This document shows positions 20,267 through 30,392 of a stretch of DNA of 52,754 nucleotides, piece after piece (position 1 is the stretch's first letter; every line of letters begins with the position of its first letter). The notes beneath the pieces were generated by a model. It worked only from the letters and a program-made list of their open reading frames with translations. It was not told the origin of the DNA and did not search any database. Origin of the DNA: Alphaproteobacteria bacterium (GTDB lineage Bacteria; Pseudomonadota; Alphaproteobacteria; JBFXJJ01). The stretch is taken from assembly GCA_050175015.1 (NCBI GenBank), contig JBFXJJ010000007.1, positions 74,513 to 127,266 on the forward strand. The letters are read 5' to 3'. Both the position numbers and the translations under genes were made by a program.

Positions 20267-21289
20267 TTATTCAATTTCAGCTAATTCATCGGAGTATTTG
20301 TTGATATGCTTATTAATTCCAGGATTTATATCATTGATAATAAAGTCGGCAATTCTTTGAGGGTTGCTAGACTCTGGGCTAGGAAATTGATTTGCCCATT
20401 CGTTCATTTTAACTGTCAGGCTGCATAAAGAACCGCCAATTACTACGTGGCTGCTTTCAACTAGTTTTCTAGCCTCAAGAAAATTTTCAGGTGTGGTATC
20501 TTCCCAAACAGAGTTAACGAGTTTTTCAAATAGTTCAAAACGACGCTCAAGTTTAGCTTCAATATCAAGCAAAATTTTTTCGATGTTCTCACAGGTTTTA
20601 GCAAAATTTGCATCTTGTTTAAATTGTCTGCTCTTAGTTGTATCTCTCATGGCATGGATAAATGTTTTGAGGTGTTTTCGAACAGTGTCAAAACACTTCT
20701 CAAAATAAGAAACAGACAGGAATAAATCAGCATAACTTTCTAGAAAGCCCGGAATTTCATCAATTGAAATATTAAGTTTTGATGCCATAAGATTCAATTT
20801 TTTACGAACTTTTTTAGTATCAGGGTTACGGAGAATATTGACTAAGTCTTCATAATCTTTGATTTCACCTTGATCGTCGCCATAAATACTTAAAATAAGA
20901 GGTCTGGTAAATTTGCTTACATAAGAGGCTAATTCTTTGGCCTTTTTATCAGAAAGTTTGAGGGCATCAAATTCATTAATAGGAATAGCAAGCTGACGGA
21001 ACAGAATACGCAAGGAATAAACGTCATAACCAGGAAGGGTTTTAAGTTTGTTTAGCAAAACACTGTCAGAAGCATTGCATTTGCAAACAGTTTGAACCTG
21101 ATCAATTGGAACTTGTCCGCTGCCAGTTTTGTTATCAGAAAACAGTTCAATACAAGTTTCAAGTTTATTATTTTTAAGCAACCTAGCTTTTCTTAAGCTA
21201 GCAGTATCAAAAGGAATAATACTTAAGGGCAGGATATATAAAGAATCCATATCGACTTCATCATATTCCAAGTTGCTTTTGTTTGCCAT
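20267..21289 (-). CDS. Conserved hypothetical protein, cytoplasmic and helical
   Basis: Long ORF with no recognisable motif; first ATG at 21289. Confidence 0.7.
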   Translation of the reverse strand: MANKSNLEYDEVDMDSLYILPLSIIPFDTASLRKARLLKNNKLETCIELFSDNKTGSGQVPIDQVQTVCKCNASDSVLLNKLKTLPGYDVYSLRILFRQLAIPINEFDALKLSDKKAKELASYVSKFTRPLILSIYGDDQGEIKDYEDLVNILRNPDTKKVRKKLNLMASKLNISIDEIPGFLESYADLFLSVSYFEKCFDTVRKHLKTFIHAMRDTTKSRQFKQDANFAKTCENIEKILLDIEAKLERRFELFEKLVNSVWEDTTPENFLEARKLVESSHVVIGGSLCSLTVKMNEWANQFPSPESSNPQRIADFIINDINPGINKHINKYSDELAEIE

Positions 21290-21389
21290 ACGTATTTCTC
21301 TTTGCAAGTATTATGTTTCGTGCATAATATAATTATAAAAATTTATTTTAAACCTATAAACTTTTATAGTAATCAGAGAATAAAAGCAA

Positions 21390-22667
21390 TTATTTTTGAA
21401 CAGAGTTTAGCATTTTGGCAAAGTTTACAAGATCTATTTTAGATGTTTGACTTGCTTTTGATGTAAAACCTTGGTTTCCATTTGTTTCAGAAATTTCTCC
21501 AAAAGCAGAACTTCTCGAATGACCTTCTTTGTATGCGCTATTCGTATCATAATCAGATCTTGTATCTAAATTTTGATAACTCGTATCGCCCTTATTGTCA
21601 GTTCTTTTTTCAAAGTCGTTGAAGTACTCATGCAAGAAGCTTTTAGTGGAAGTAGAAAGATCGACAAAGTGGCTGCTCGCAATAATTTCAGGATCTTTGG
21701 TGAAATAACTTTTGCCATTTTCATTGAGGCAGGTTTGTCTAACAACCTCAGATGCTGTTATTTCGTCTCGATGAGCTTCATCTATGCCTATTGTCATCTC
21801 TTTATTTTTGTTTGCAACGCTGATGCTTTGTTTTTGCTTCCCATGCTGGTTTTTCAAAAGAGTTTGTAGCTCTTCTGCTGTTTCAGGAGCTAAGGCTTCT
21901 TCTCTGCGGCATATTTGATTAATAATTTCTTGGGCAGTTATTTCATCACTGTAAGTATCTTTTGATTCTATCCCGCTTTCTTGGTGTTCTTTCATTACGT
22001 TAACTGTATAACCTTGTTCATATAAGGTCTTAATTTTATTGTTATCATACCAGCCTAAAAAAGCTTGAGTTCTTGCTTCGCCGTTTGTTAATGCTTTTTC
22101 ATCATTAGAAACAGCATCTGCAAATCTATTGGCAATTTCTGGAGACACACTGGCAAAAGCTCTAAACGGCGCCATATCACCATTGTCCCAAATTTCCCAT
22201 AAAGCTTGAGCTGCAGTAGCTTGAGCATCAGCTTCGGTTGCACGATATTTCATAAGCTCAGACTTGATACTATAATTACGTGGTCTCGTTGTATCTTCAG
22301 AATCTAATTCTCCACGCTCAAATTGACCAGCGTGGCGAGCCTCGTGGATTAATACTCCTGCCAATTTATCGTTGGAAGTAAAAGGGTCTAACACAATTAA
22401 TTTTTTGCTTTTTGAGGTTCCGCCATTGGAGCCAAAGGCAAATTCCATATTTAATCTGTAGCCAGCTTTAGATGCAATCTCTAAAGTTTCCTTGCCAGTT
22501 TTGCTGGTGGCAATGATATTGATTATATCACAAAGTTTAGCAATTTCCTTAGGATTATCGGTAAGAAATTCAAAAGCTGGTGTAATATTCTGCTTAAAAG
22601 AACTTTCATTAGAACCAGATTCTTGGCTTAAGGCTTTTTTCAAACTTGGACTATTTTTATTGGTCAT
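21390..22667 (-). CDS. Putative zinc metallopeptidase (DUF6782-like)
   Basis: SKTGKETL, LIHEARHAGQ (22332-22346) and downstream RATEADAQA; low-complexity C-terminus; no signal peptide. Confidence 0.7.
   Translation of the reverse strand: MTNKNSPSLKKALSQESGSNESSFKQNITPAFEFLTDNPKEIAKLCDIINIIATSKTGKETLEIASKAGYRLNMEFAFGSNGGTSKSKKLIVLDPFTSNDKLAGVLIHEARHAGQFERGELDSEDTTRPRNYSIKSELMKYRATEADAQATAAQALWEIWDNGDMAPFRAFASVSPEIANRFADAVSNDEKALTNGEARTQAFLGWYDNNKIKTLYEQGYTVNVMKEHQESGIESKDTYSDEITAQEIINQICRREEALAPETAEELQTLLKNQHGKQKQSISVANKNKEMTIGIDEAHRDEITASEVVRQTCLNENGKSYFTKDPEIIASSHFVDLSTSTKSFLHEYFNDFEKRTDNKGDTSYQNLDTRSDYDTNSAYKEGHSRSSAFGEISETNGNQGFTSKASQTSKIDLVNFAKMLNSVQK
21729..21947 (-). repeat. Diverged intragenic duplication with a 180-nt period
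   Basis: DEITAQEIINQIC (21909-21947) and DEITASEVVRQTC (21729-21767). Confidence 0.6.
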
Positions 22668-22741
22668 AACATTGCTACCGATTTACAGTTGAACTTATTT
22701 TTCAAACTTTGCCAAAAAAAGCCTTGTTTGTCAAATTTTAT

Positions 22742-23632
22742 TTAAAAAATAATTTTTAAAGTTTTTTCCTTAGTGTCTAAAAAAGCATTAATTCCCATAG
22801 GCAAAACATAACGGTTATCATGGTGTGAGTATGGGAAATCAATTAAAACAGGTTTTTTTATATCTTTTAGATTGTCGCTAATAACTTCTTTAATTGTACC
22901 GTCGTTTTTGTCTTTAGCGATGCAGTTTTTAAATTTGCCAATAATAAGAGCCGATATTTTTGAAAAACTATCAGCAAGTTTTAACTGGTTAAGCATTCTA
23001 TCGATTCTATACGGTTCTTCCCCGACGTCCTCAATTATCAGAATTTTATTTTTTAAATCAGGGAAGAAAGGTGTTCCCATAAGAGAAACGATCATAGATA
23101 AACAGCCGCAGGCGATTTGCCCTTCGGCTTTGCCTTCAATAATTGTTTGTCCTCCAGTTACGGAGTAATCTTCTAAGTGCAGAGCTTTGAAGAGAGAATT
23201 CTCCGTGTTTTTTGCTAAAACATCGGTTTTAAAATCTGCAATTAATGTCAGCCCAGAAATACTTGGGACACTTGTTTTGGTATATATCGCCCATTGCAAG
23301 GCAGTGTTGTCGCTAAAACCTATAACTGGTTTGGGATTATTTTTAATAACCTTATAATCTAAGAGATTGAGAAGCCTTGGACTTCCGTATCCTCCACGAA
23401 CACAGAAAATAGCATCAATGGAGGCGTCTTCAAAGAACGTCATAATATCAAGAGCTCTTGCGTCATCGCTTCCAGCAAGAAAACGATCTTTCATAAAAAT
23501 GCTTTGTCCAAAAACGGGATCAAAGCCATATTTCTTAAACCAATTTAATGCGTGGTTTAAATCTTTTTTTTCAAAAGGACTAGATGGGGCAATTAAGCCT
23601 ATTTTGCTGCCATTTTTCAACTTTTTCCACAT
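22742..23632 (-). CDS. ldcA: LD-carboxypeptidase (S66)
   Basis: IAPSS, RGGYG, GFSDNT (Ser), IEDVGE (Glu), YSHH (His). Confidence 0.92.
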   Translation of the reverse strand: MWKKLKNGSKIGLIAPSSPFEKKDLNHALNWFKKYGFDPVFGQSIFMKDRFLAGSDDARALDIMTFFEDASIDAIFCVRGGYGSPRLLNLLDYKVIKNNPKPVIGFSDNTALQWAIYTKTSVPSISGLTLIADFKTDVLAKNTENSLFKALHLEDYSVTGGQTIIEGKAEGQIACGCLSMIVSLMGTPFFPDLKNKILIIEDVGEEPYRIDRMLNQLKLADSFSKISALIIGKFKNCIAKDKNDGTIKEVISDNLKDIKKPVLIDFPYSHHDNRYVLPMGINAFLDTKEKTLKIIF

Positions 23633-24999
23633 AGGTCTGACCTTTTAGTAAGTGCTTGGAAAATTTCTTTAGCAAGATCTGATAAAGTGTTATCTCTTGC
23701 TCCCATAACCACAACAACATCACCATCAACAACGGTTTCTATTATAAAATTTTTTGCTTCCAGACGGCTTTCAAAAAAGTATGCTTCTTTTCCCTGCCTA
23801 TTTATTTCATCTGTTATGAGCTTAGATGAAATTGATTTATCTACAGTCCCACCAGCATAATATATTTCTGGAACAACTATTATATCACCTTCTTCAAAAT
23901 ATTTTGCAAAAACTTTTGCGATGTCTCTTCCAAATAGCTTGGTCGGTGCAAAGCCGTGCATTTGAAAAAAGATTTTAACATTTGTTCCCATTTTTTTAAG
24001 AGCGGCCATACTAGCGTTTATTTTGTCAGGGTTGTGAGCAAAATCATCAATAACAGTTATATTTTTAAATTTGCCAATAACTTCTAAACGTCTTTTAATT
24101 CCGCAGAAAGATGAGGCCGCTTTAGCTGCTTGTTTCGCATCAGCTCCGAGCAGAATACTTGCGGCGATTGCTGCTAGAGTATTAGAGATGTTGTGAATCC
24201 CTGGTATATTCAGAATAACCTTTTCGCCAAAAACTTCAAAGCTTGAACCAAAGCTGTTTAGGATAATGTTTGATGCTAAAATATCCGCCTCAGGATTTTT
24301 TACGGAGTAGGACAAAAACTTTTTAGCATATTGTTTTAAGGCAAAGGTTTTTTCACAGTCCATATTCAGCACAGCTCCGATAGATGCCCGTTTAACGAAA
24401 TCTGCAAACAAGACGTTTAGTTCATCAAGCGATTTATGGTCTAAAGATATGTTGGTTATTACGGCAATTTGAGGGTTATAAAGAGCTATAGAGCCATCAC
24501 TCTCATCGGCCTCAATAACCATTTTTCCTGTTCCTAAAACGGCATTGCCGATGCCTTCTTGGCTGCCATTAATTATGCCGCCGTTAATAACAAAAGGGTC
24601 TAGTCCCGTTTTTTGCAGAATATGTCCGCAAATGCCTGTGACTGTTGTTTTGCCGCTTGTGCCGCCGATGGCAATTCCTGCATTTTTGTTAAAAACATCA
24701 GCTAAAAGTTCGGCTCTTTTGATTATTTTTAACTTAATATCAAGAGCTTTTTTTACATCAGGAATGCTAGGTTCGACAGCAGATGAAATAACTAAGGCAT
24801 CAAAAGAATTATTTATGCCTGAACCATCTTGTGGTTTGATTATAATTCCAATTTTTTCGAGTTTTTGTTTCAGCTCTAGATTTTGTTTGTTATCAAAAGA
24901 ACGATCAGAACCTGCAACCTCAAAACCTTGAAGCCTAAGAGCAGAAGCCAAAGCGCTCATTCCGCTTCCGCCAATACCGCAGAAAAAATATTTCATCAT
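23617..24999 (-). CDS. MurC/Mpl-like Mur ligase, probably peptidoglycan recycling
   Basis: GIGGSGMS, GTSGKTT, EADESDGS, DDFAHNP, MGARD; overlaps ldcA. Confidence 0.88.
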   Translation of the reverse strand: MMKYFFCGIGGSGMSALASALRLQGFEVAGSDRSFDNKQNLELKQKLEKIGIIIKPQDGSGINNSFDALVISSAVEPSIPDVKKALDIKLKIIKRAELLADVFNKNAGIAIGGTSGKTTVTGICGHILQKTGLDPFVINGGIINGSQEGIGNAVLGTGKMVIEADESDGSIALYNPQIAVITNISLDHKSLDELNVLFADFVKRASIGAVLNMDCEKTFALKQYAKKFLSYSVKNPEADILASNIILNSFGSSFEVFGEKVILNIPGIHNISNTLAAIAASILLGADAKQAAKAASSFCGIKRRLEVIGKFKNITVIDDFAHNPDKINASMAALKKMGTNVKIFFQMHGFAPTKLFGRDIAKVFAKYFEEGDIIVVPEIYYAGGTVDKSISSKLITDEINRQGKEAYFFESRLEAKNFIIETVVDGDVVVVMGARDNTLSDLAKEIFQALTKRSDLCGKS

Positions 25000-25094
25000 T
25001 TGTTACATCAATAAATTTAAAGAGAAGTTGTATAAAATTATAGAATTAAAGAACATAAAAACGCTAAAAAAGCAATAAAGAACTTTTGCAAAAT

Positions 25095-25127
25095 AAAAAG
25101 GCAGAGCTTTATTGCCCTGCCTTTTTT
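25095..25127 (-). terminator. Intrinsic terminator of the xdhD operon
   Basis: AAAAAGGCAGAGC...GCCCTGCCTTTTTT. Confidence 0.75.
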
Positions 25128-25152
25128 GTAGTTTTGAAAGTTTTAGAAAACA

Positions 25153-28014
25153 CTAAATTTTACCTAAAGCTTTTAAAACATTTTCAGGTGAAAAAGGCCA
25201 TTTCCTGAGCCATATCCCAACAGCATCGTGAATAGCAATAGCAATGGCTGGTGCCGCTCCGTTAGTTGCAATTTCTGAAATAGATTTTCCCCCGAAAGGA
25301 CCATAAGGATCATCGGTATAAATCAATTTTGCGCCAAAAACTTCAGGCATTTCGTAAATAGTTGGCGGACCATAATCCAAGAGATTAGCATTAAGGCATT
25401 TGCCATTTTCATCATAAATCATTTCTTCATAGATAGAATGACCGATAGATTTTAACGCTGCACCATACATTTGTCCTAAAGCAATTTCAGGATTAATCGG
25501 TGTCCCACAGTCTTGAAGAACAAAGAATTTATCAATTTTAACATATCCCGTTTTGGTATTGACTGAGACTTGAGCAAAATGGGCGCCGTAAGGAATGGCG
25601 TGGTCTTCTGTAGTGAAAGACGCATATCCCATAAGTTGTCCGCAGCCGTGTCCCGTGTGAGTATGCCAAGCAAGTTCTTTATAAGTCATCGATTTGGCTT
25701 CGCACTTAATGATATTAGGATATTCCAATTCAACTTCTTCAACTGGTACTTCGAAAATTTTAGCCGCAGTTTCCAGCATTTTGCGTCTTAAATCTTCCGC
25801 AGCTTTCTTAGAAGCATTGCCCGAGAAATAAGTTCCCGAAGAAGCGTAAGCTCCCGTATCGAAAGGCGTGTTATCCGTATCTCCTGAGAGAATAGAAACA
25901 TCTTCCATATTGGTTCTTAAAACCTCGGCAGCAACTTTTACGGAAACGGTATCAAGTCCTGTTCCAATATCAGCTCCTCCAGAATGCAGCATAAAAGTTC
26001 CATCGGCTAAAAGAGAAATATCGGCACAAGAATGGTCTAGCCCAGGTAAGCCAGATCCTTGCTGGATAATAGCCATACCTTTGCCAATTTTGATATCAGG
26101 GTCAGAAGAAGTTTCTTTTTTGCCCCAGTCAATCATTTTCATACCTTCGTTTATAGAACCATCAAGTCCGCAGCTTTTAACAAGGGCAGGGGTTCCTTCT
26201 CGACCTTCACCAAGGCATCTTAGAATTTCAAGCCATACGCCTTCTCGGACTCGATTTTTTTCGATAAGCTCAATTTGGTCTACTCCCATTTGCTCTGCAA
26301 GTTCTGCAACTGCCATTTGCAGTCCAAAAGAACCTTTAGGGGCGCCATATCCTTGATAGGCTCCAGTTGGAGCTAAGTTGGTATAATAGACTTTAATATC
26401 AAAGTAGAAATTATCACATAAAAACAGAGGCAAAGATTTAGAAGCAGCATTCATTGAAACGGTTAGAGAATGGTTGCCAAAAGCAGTAGTGTTGGATTCT
26501 ACGTCCATTTGGATAGCGGTAAATTTGCCATCTTTTTTGGCACCTATTTTTACTCGCACTCTCATAGGTTTTCTTGTGCTGCAAGCAATAAATTCTTCTT
26601 CTCTAGTATACTTGTGAAACACAGGTTTGCCCGTTTTCCAAGTTATAAAAGCCGCTACTTCTTCCAGCAGAATGTCTTGTTTGGATCCATAGCCGCCGCC
26701 AACACGTTCTTTGACAACTCTTACTTTGTTTTCATTAATACCTAAAATAGTAGATACAATACGCCTTAAGTGCCATGGAACCTGAGTTGCGGCATGGATT
26801 ATTAATCTGTCCCCTTCCATTCTGGTATATACAACGTGATGTTCAGGAGGTGTACATTGAATCTGAGTTGTTTCGTAGGTTTTATCAATGATATAATCCG
26901 CTTCCGCAAAACCTTTTTCAACATCTCCGATGCCGCCTTTTACTGATGCCGCAAGGTTCTTATGAGGATCGGCTCCAATCGGAAATTGATAAATAATTTT
27001 GCCATCTCTAGGATCAGCTTTAGAGTTATCAAGATTTTCTGGAGCTCCTACTTTATATTCAATAAAGCCTTTGTGAATGATAGGAGCGTCAGGAGCTTTC
27101 GCTTCATCAATCGTTAAAACAGGCTTCAATACTTCATATTCAACTTTGATTTTTTTCAAAGCTTCATTGACTATTTCTTCGTTTTCACCAGCAACGCCTG
27201 CAACCCTGTCTCCTATATGACATAATTTCTGAGAGAACATACGTTTGTCATAAGGTGATGGTTCTGGGAAACCTTGTCCCGCTGAAGTATAAAAAGCTTC
27301 AGGGCAGTTTTTATAAGTAACAACAAAAGAAACTCCATGCATTTTTTCTGCTTCAGAAGTATCAATGCTCTTGATATAAGCGTGAGCGTAAGGACTGCGG
27401 AGAATTTTTAAAATTAAAGCTCCATCATCAACCATATCTTCAACATAGGCTTTTTGCCCAGTTACAAGCTTTTTGCCGTCAACCTTGCTTCGAGCTTTAC
27501 CGACGTGAGTTAAGTCCTCTCTAAATTCTGGAGCAACTATTTTGGCTTCAGGATTGGTTATACGTTTTTGTGCCAGACGTACCGCATCAAAAAAAGGTTT
27601 ATAACCGCAGTCACGGATAAATAATGGAGACAAAGCATCTTTTATTTCATCATCACTGGGGTTAGGGGTTCTCTCTAAAAGGCTAGCAATCATAAGAGCT
27701 GCGGCAGGAGAGTTATAACCGTCTTGAACAACGCCAGCATCAATCATTGCTGATAAAATAGGAGAGAGTTCTCTCATATTAATTAAAGATTCAACAGTTT
27801 TAACATCGCAGCCATCAATTTGAGATGCGACTAAAAGCCCAGCATTAACAGTTTTGCCATTAAGAATAATAGTGTCGGAACCGGCAAAACCTTGGTGGTC
27901 ATCACTATCTCTGACAGAGATAATTCCAATTCTTTGCATAAGTTCTTGAACATTTTCTCCAGGTTCGGTGTAAATAGTTTTAGGAACACCATTTAAGGTA
28001 ATTTTGATTTTCAT
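25153..28014 (-). CDS. xdhD: XdhD/YgfN-type molybdopterin oxidoreductase (fused Fe-S-like and Mo-binding domains)
   Basis: LRSPYAHA, GQGFPEPSPYD, TQVPW, VGGGYGSKQD, YQGYGAPKG, DIGTG, YASSGT, GPFGGKSISE. The N-terminus SVRDSDD..GFAGSD is as I recall for E. coli XdhD. Confidence 0.9.
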   Translation of the reverse strand: MKIKITLNGVPKTIYTEPGENVQELMQRIGIISVRDSDDHQGFAGSDTIILNGKTVNAGLLVASQIDGCDVKTVESLINMRELSPILSAMIDAGVVQDGYNSPAAALMIASLLERTPNPSDDEIKDALSPLFIRDCGYKPFFDAVRLAQKRITNPEAKIVAPEFREDLTHVGKARSKVDGKKLVTGQKAYVEDMVDDGALILKILRSPYAHAYIKSIDTSEAEKMHGVSFVVTYKNCPEAFYTSAGQGFPEPSPYDKRMFSQKLCHIGDRVAGVAGENEEIVNEALKKIKVEYEVLKPVLTIDEAKAPDAPIIHKGFIEYKVGAPENLDNSKADPRDGKIIYQFPIGADPHKNLAASVKGGIGDVEKGFAEADYIIDKTYETTQIQCTPPEHHVVYTRMEGDRLIIHAATQVPWHLRRIVSTILGINENKVRVVKERVGGGYGSKQDILLEEVAAFITWKTGKPVFHKYTREEEFIACSTRKPMRVRVKIGAKKDGKFTAIQMDVESNTTAFGNHSLTVSMNAASKSLPLFLCDNFYFDIKVYYTNLAPTGAYQGYGAPKGSFGLQMAVAELAEQMGVDQIELIEKNRVREGVWLEILRCLGEGREGTPALVKSCGLDGSINEGMKMIDWGKKETSSDPDIKIGKGMAIIQQGSGLPGLDHSCADISLLADGTFMLHSGGADIGTGLDTVSVKVAAEVLRTNMEDVSILSGDTDNTPFDTGAYASSGTYFSGNASKKAAEDLRRKMLETAAKIFEVPVEEVELEYPNIIKCEAKSMTYKELAWHTHTGHGCGQLMGYASFTTEDHAIPYGAHFAQVSVNTKTGYVKIDKFFVLQDCGTPINPEIALGQMYGAALKSIGHSIYEEMIYDENGKCLNANLLDYGPPTIYEMPEVFGAKLIYTDDPYGPFGGKSISEIATNGAAPAIAIAIHDAVGIWLRKWPFSPENVLKALGKI

Positions 28015-28829
28015 ACTTTTGCCCCCTCAAATGCAATAGTCAAGCAGTTCGCTGCAAGAACACCCGCCATATATTTTCTAAAATCAGCTCCTCCTCTAAA
28101 GTCTCCTTTAGGAGAAACCGCCGCAGAAATCATTTTTTCAAGCTCATCTCGAGAAGGCATCTGCACATCATCAAGTTTCTGAAAAAGGTCGGTTAAAAGG
28201 ACAGGTTTGCTAGCAACACCGCCAATAGCAATTAAAGGTTTGGCTAAAGAGTGGTCATTGTTATGACCTTTACGGCAAGATGCTGCGGCAACAATTACGG
28301 GAACAGTGCGTGCGGTTCGAGTGTATTTTAAAATCTTGGCATCTTTTTCTGGAGCCAGAGGAATTTTGATAGTTAAAATAAGATTCTTAATATCAGCTTC
28401 TAAATAATCATATAAAGGAATATCTTTTATTCCTTCATCATCTATGGTTTCTAGCACAGTATCAAGCACAAGAAGAGCAGGGGTTAAACTAAACCATGGG
28501 CTACCAGAACCAATGCTTCCTCCAAGAGTTGCTGCGTTTCTAATATTGCGGCTGCCAACGTGGCTAGCCGCTTCTTTTAGTACATCAGGAACATCTTTTC
28601 TATCGATTAAATCCTGAATAGTAACACTAGACCCTATAAACAAGGTATCGTTATTAATTTCAAATTTTGATAAGTTAAGATTAGACAACGAAATAACAAC
28701 TTCAGGATTAAGTTTTGAGTAAGACGAGTTAATCCAAGTTCCTCCGCCGATATAAAGCGAATCTTGATATTGTTTTTTTAAAGATACGGCTTCTTGAGGG
28801 GAGGTTGGTTTTAGAAAATCTTTAATCAT
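28011..28829 (-). CDS. ygfM: YgfM-like FAD-binding subunit of a molybdopterin oxidoreductase
   Basis: P.S..EA, YIGGGT, IRNAATLGG, DFRGGADFRKY; ATGA coupling to xdhD. Confidence 0.82.
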   Translation of the reverse strand: MIKDFLKPTSPQEAVSLKKQYQDSLYIGGGTWINSSYSKLNPEVVISLSNLNLSKFEINNDTLFIGSSVTIQDLIDRKDVPDVLKEAASHVGSRNIRNAATLGGSIGSGSPWFSLTPALLVLDTVLETIDDEGIKDIPLYDYLEADIKNLILTIKIPLAPEKDAKILKYTRTARTVPVIVAAASCRKGHNNDHSLAKPLIAIGGVASKPVLLTDLFQKLDDVQMPSRDELEKMISAAVSPKGDFRGGADFRKYMAGVLAANCLTIAFEGAKV

Positions 28830-28838
28830 AATAAACCT

Positions 28839-30194
28839 TTAAGACATTAGTTTTTTAGAAATACGGTTAGCATTCTTCACAATTTCTTCTTCGTCAAAGC
28901 CTACTAAACTGCCTTTATCAACGACAACCTTACCATTAACAATCGTGTATTCTGTTTGGTGATTATAGCCGCAGAATAACAAAGCTGCCGCAGGGTCAGA
29001 TAATGATCCTGCAAAGTCAAGACGGTTAACGTTAAATAATGCAATATCCGCAGCATAGCCTTCTTCCAACTTGCCGATGCCTTTGAAATTAAGGAGTCCA
29101 GCACCATTTTCAGTTGCCATTTTGTAAACGTCAGCAGCCGTTATCGCATCAGAGCCATATTTTACTCTTTGTAATAAGAGGGCTAGCCTCATTTCTCCAA
29201 GATAATCAGAACTGTCATTTGAAGCAGAGCCATCAACAGCAAGAGCAACATTAACACCCATTTTGAGCATTTCGTGAACTCGGCATATGCCTGAACCTAA
29301 ACGCATATTAGATGCAGGGCAGTGTGCAATATATGTCCCTGTTTTTTTCAAAATATCAAGCTCTTCATCATTAAAATGAATCCCATGAGCATAAGAAACA
29401 TCTTCTCCAAGAAAACCGCATTCTTCCATAAGTTTAAGCGGACGTACTCCGTGTTTTTCTAAGCAATAATCATTCTCATCAAAAGTTTCTGCTACGTGGG
29501 TATGAATGTTAACTTTATGTTTTCTTGCGAGTTTCGCGGTTTCTTTCATAAGTTCAGGAGTGACAGAAAAAGGACTGCAAGGAGCAAGTACAATTTTTCT
29601 CATAGCCATAGGAGATGGGTCGTGGAATTTATTAATAACTCTTTCGCAATCTTCAAGAATCTCATCTTCTGTTTGTACACAAGAATCAGGAGGAAGCCCC
29701 CCATCTTTTTTGCTGCAAGACATTGAGCCTCTGGTTGGAGAAAATCTAAGCCCAAGTTTTTCAGCGGCATCAAACTGAATAGACATAATGTCTCCCGCAA
29801 AACCAGAAGGATAAAGGTAGTGGTGATCGGTCGATGTCGTACAGCCTGTTTTTAAGAGTTCCGCCATTGCAAGCAGTGAAGAATAATGAACAGCTTCGTT
29901 ATCAATGTTTTTCCATATTTCATAAAGGTATACAAGCCAGTCAAAAAGTTTAGCATCTTGCACCGCAGGTAGGTTTCGGGTAAGTGTTTGATAAAAATGA
30001 TGATGAGTGTTAACAAAACCAGCGGTTGCAACTAAGGTAGAACAATCAATAACCCTTGCATCTTTTGAGGCTGTTTCTGCAATGTTTTTTCCGATTTTTT
30101 TTATTAAATTATTTTCAACTAAAATATCAACACCCGATAAATTTTCTTTTCCATATGGGGTGACAACACAAAGACAGTTTTTAAGAACAAGCAT
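28839..30194 (-). CDS. 8-oxoguanine deaminase-family amidohydrolase
   Basis: NTHHHFYQTLTR, DHHY, PCSPFSV, HTHVAET, HCPASNMRLGSG, VDGSASND. Confidence 0.88.
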   Translation of the reverse strand: MLVLKNCLCVVTPYGKENLSGVDILVENNLIKKIGKNIAETASKDARVIDCSTLVATAGFVNTHHHFYQTLTRNLPAVQDAKLFDWLVYLYEIWKNIDNEAVHYSSLLAMAELLKTGCTTSTDHHYLYPSGFAGDIMSIQFDAAEKLGLRFSPTRGSMSCSKKDGGLPPDSCVQTEDEILEDCERVINKFHDPSPMAMRKIVLAPCSPFSVTPELMKETAKLARKHKVNIHTHVAETFDENDYCLEKHGVRPLKLMEECGFLGEDVSYAHGIHFNDEELDILKKTGTYIAHCPASNMRLGSGICRVHEMLKMGVNVALAVDGSASNDSSDYLGEMRLALLLQRVKYGSDAITAADVYKMATENGAGLLNFKGIGKLEEGYAADIALFNVNRLDFAGSLSDPAAALLFCGYNHQTEYTIVNGKVVVDKGSLVGFDEEEIVKNANRISKKLMS

Positions 30195-30318
30195 AAAATA
30201 CTTCCTAATTATAATTATTGTTTAAATAAAAGTAGCCCTAAAATATTAAAAGGTTTTTATAATAATTCAAGTATTACGTATTTCTAAAATGTTTTTAACA
30301 AAAAATATCCAAAAAACA

Positions 30319-30346
30319 TTGACTGTTTCCGCAAAAAAGGTAAAAA
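30319..30346 (+). promoter_or_regulatory. Candidate sigma70 promoter of paralog 1
   Basis: TTGACT-N16-TAAAAA; the -10 is weak. Confidence 0.4.
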
Positions 30347-30392
30347 CTAATAGAGTTAAATATCAATTACATAAAATTAAAAAGGTAAGGAT

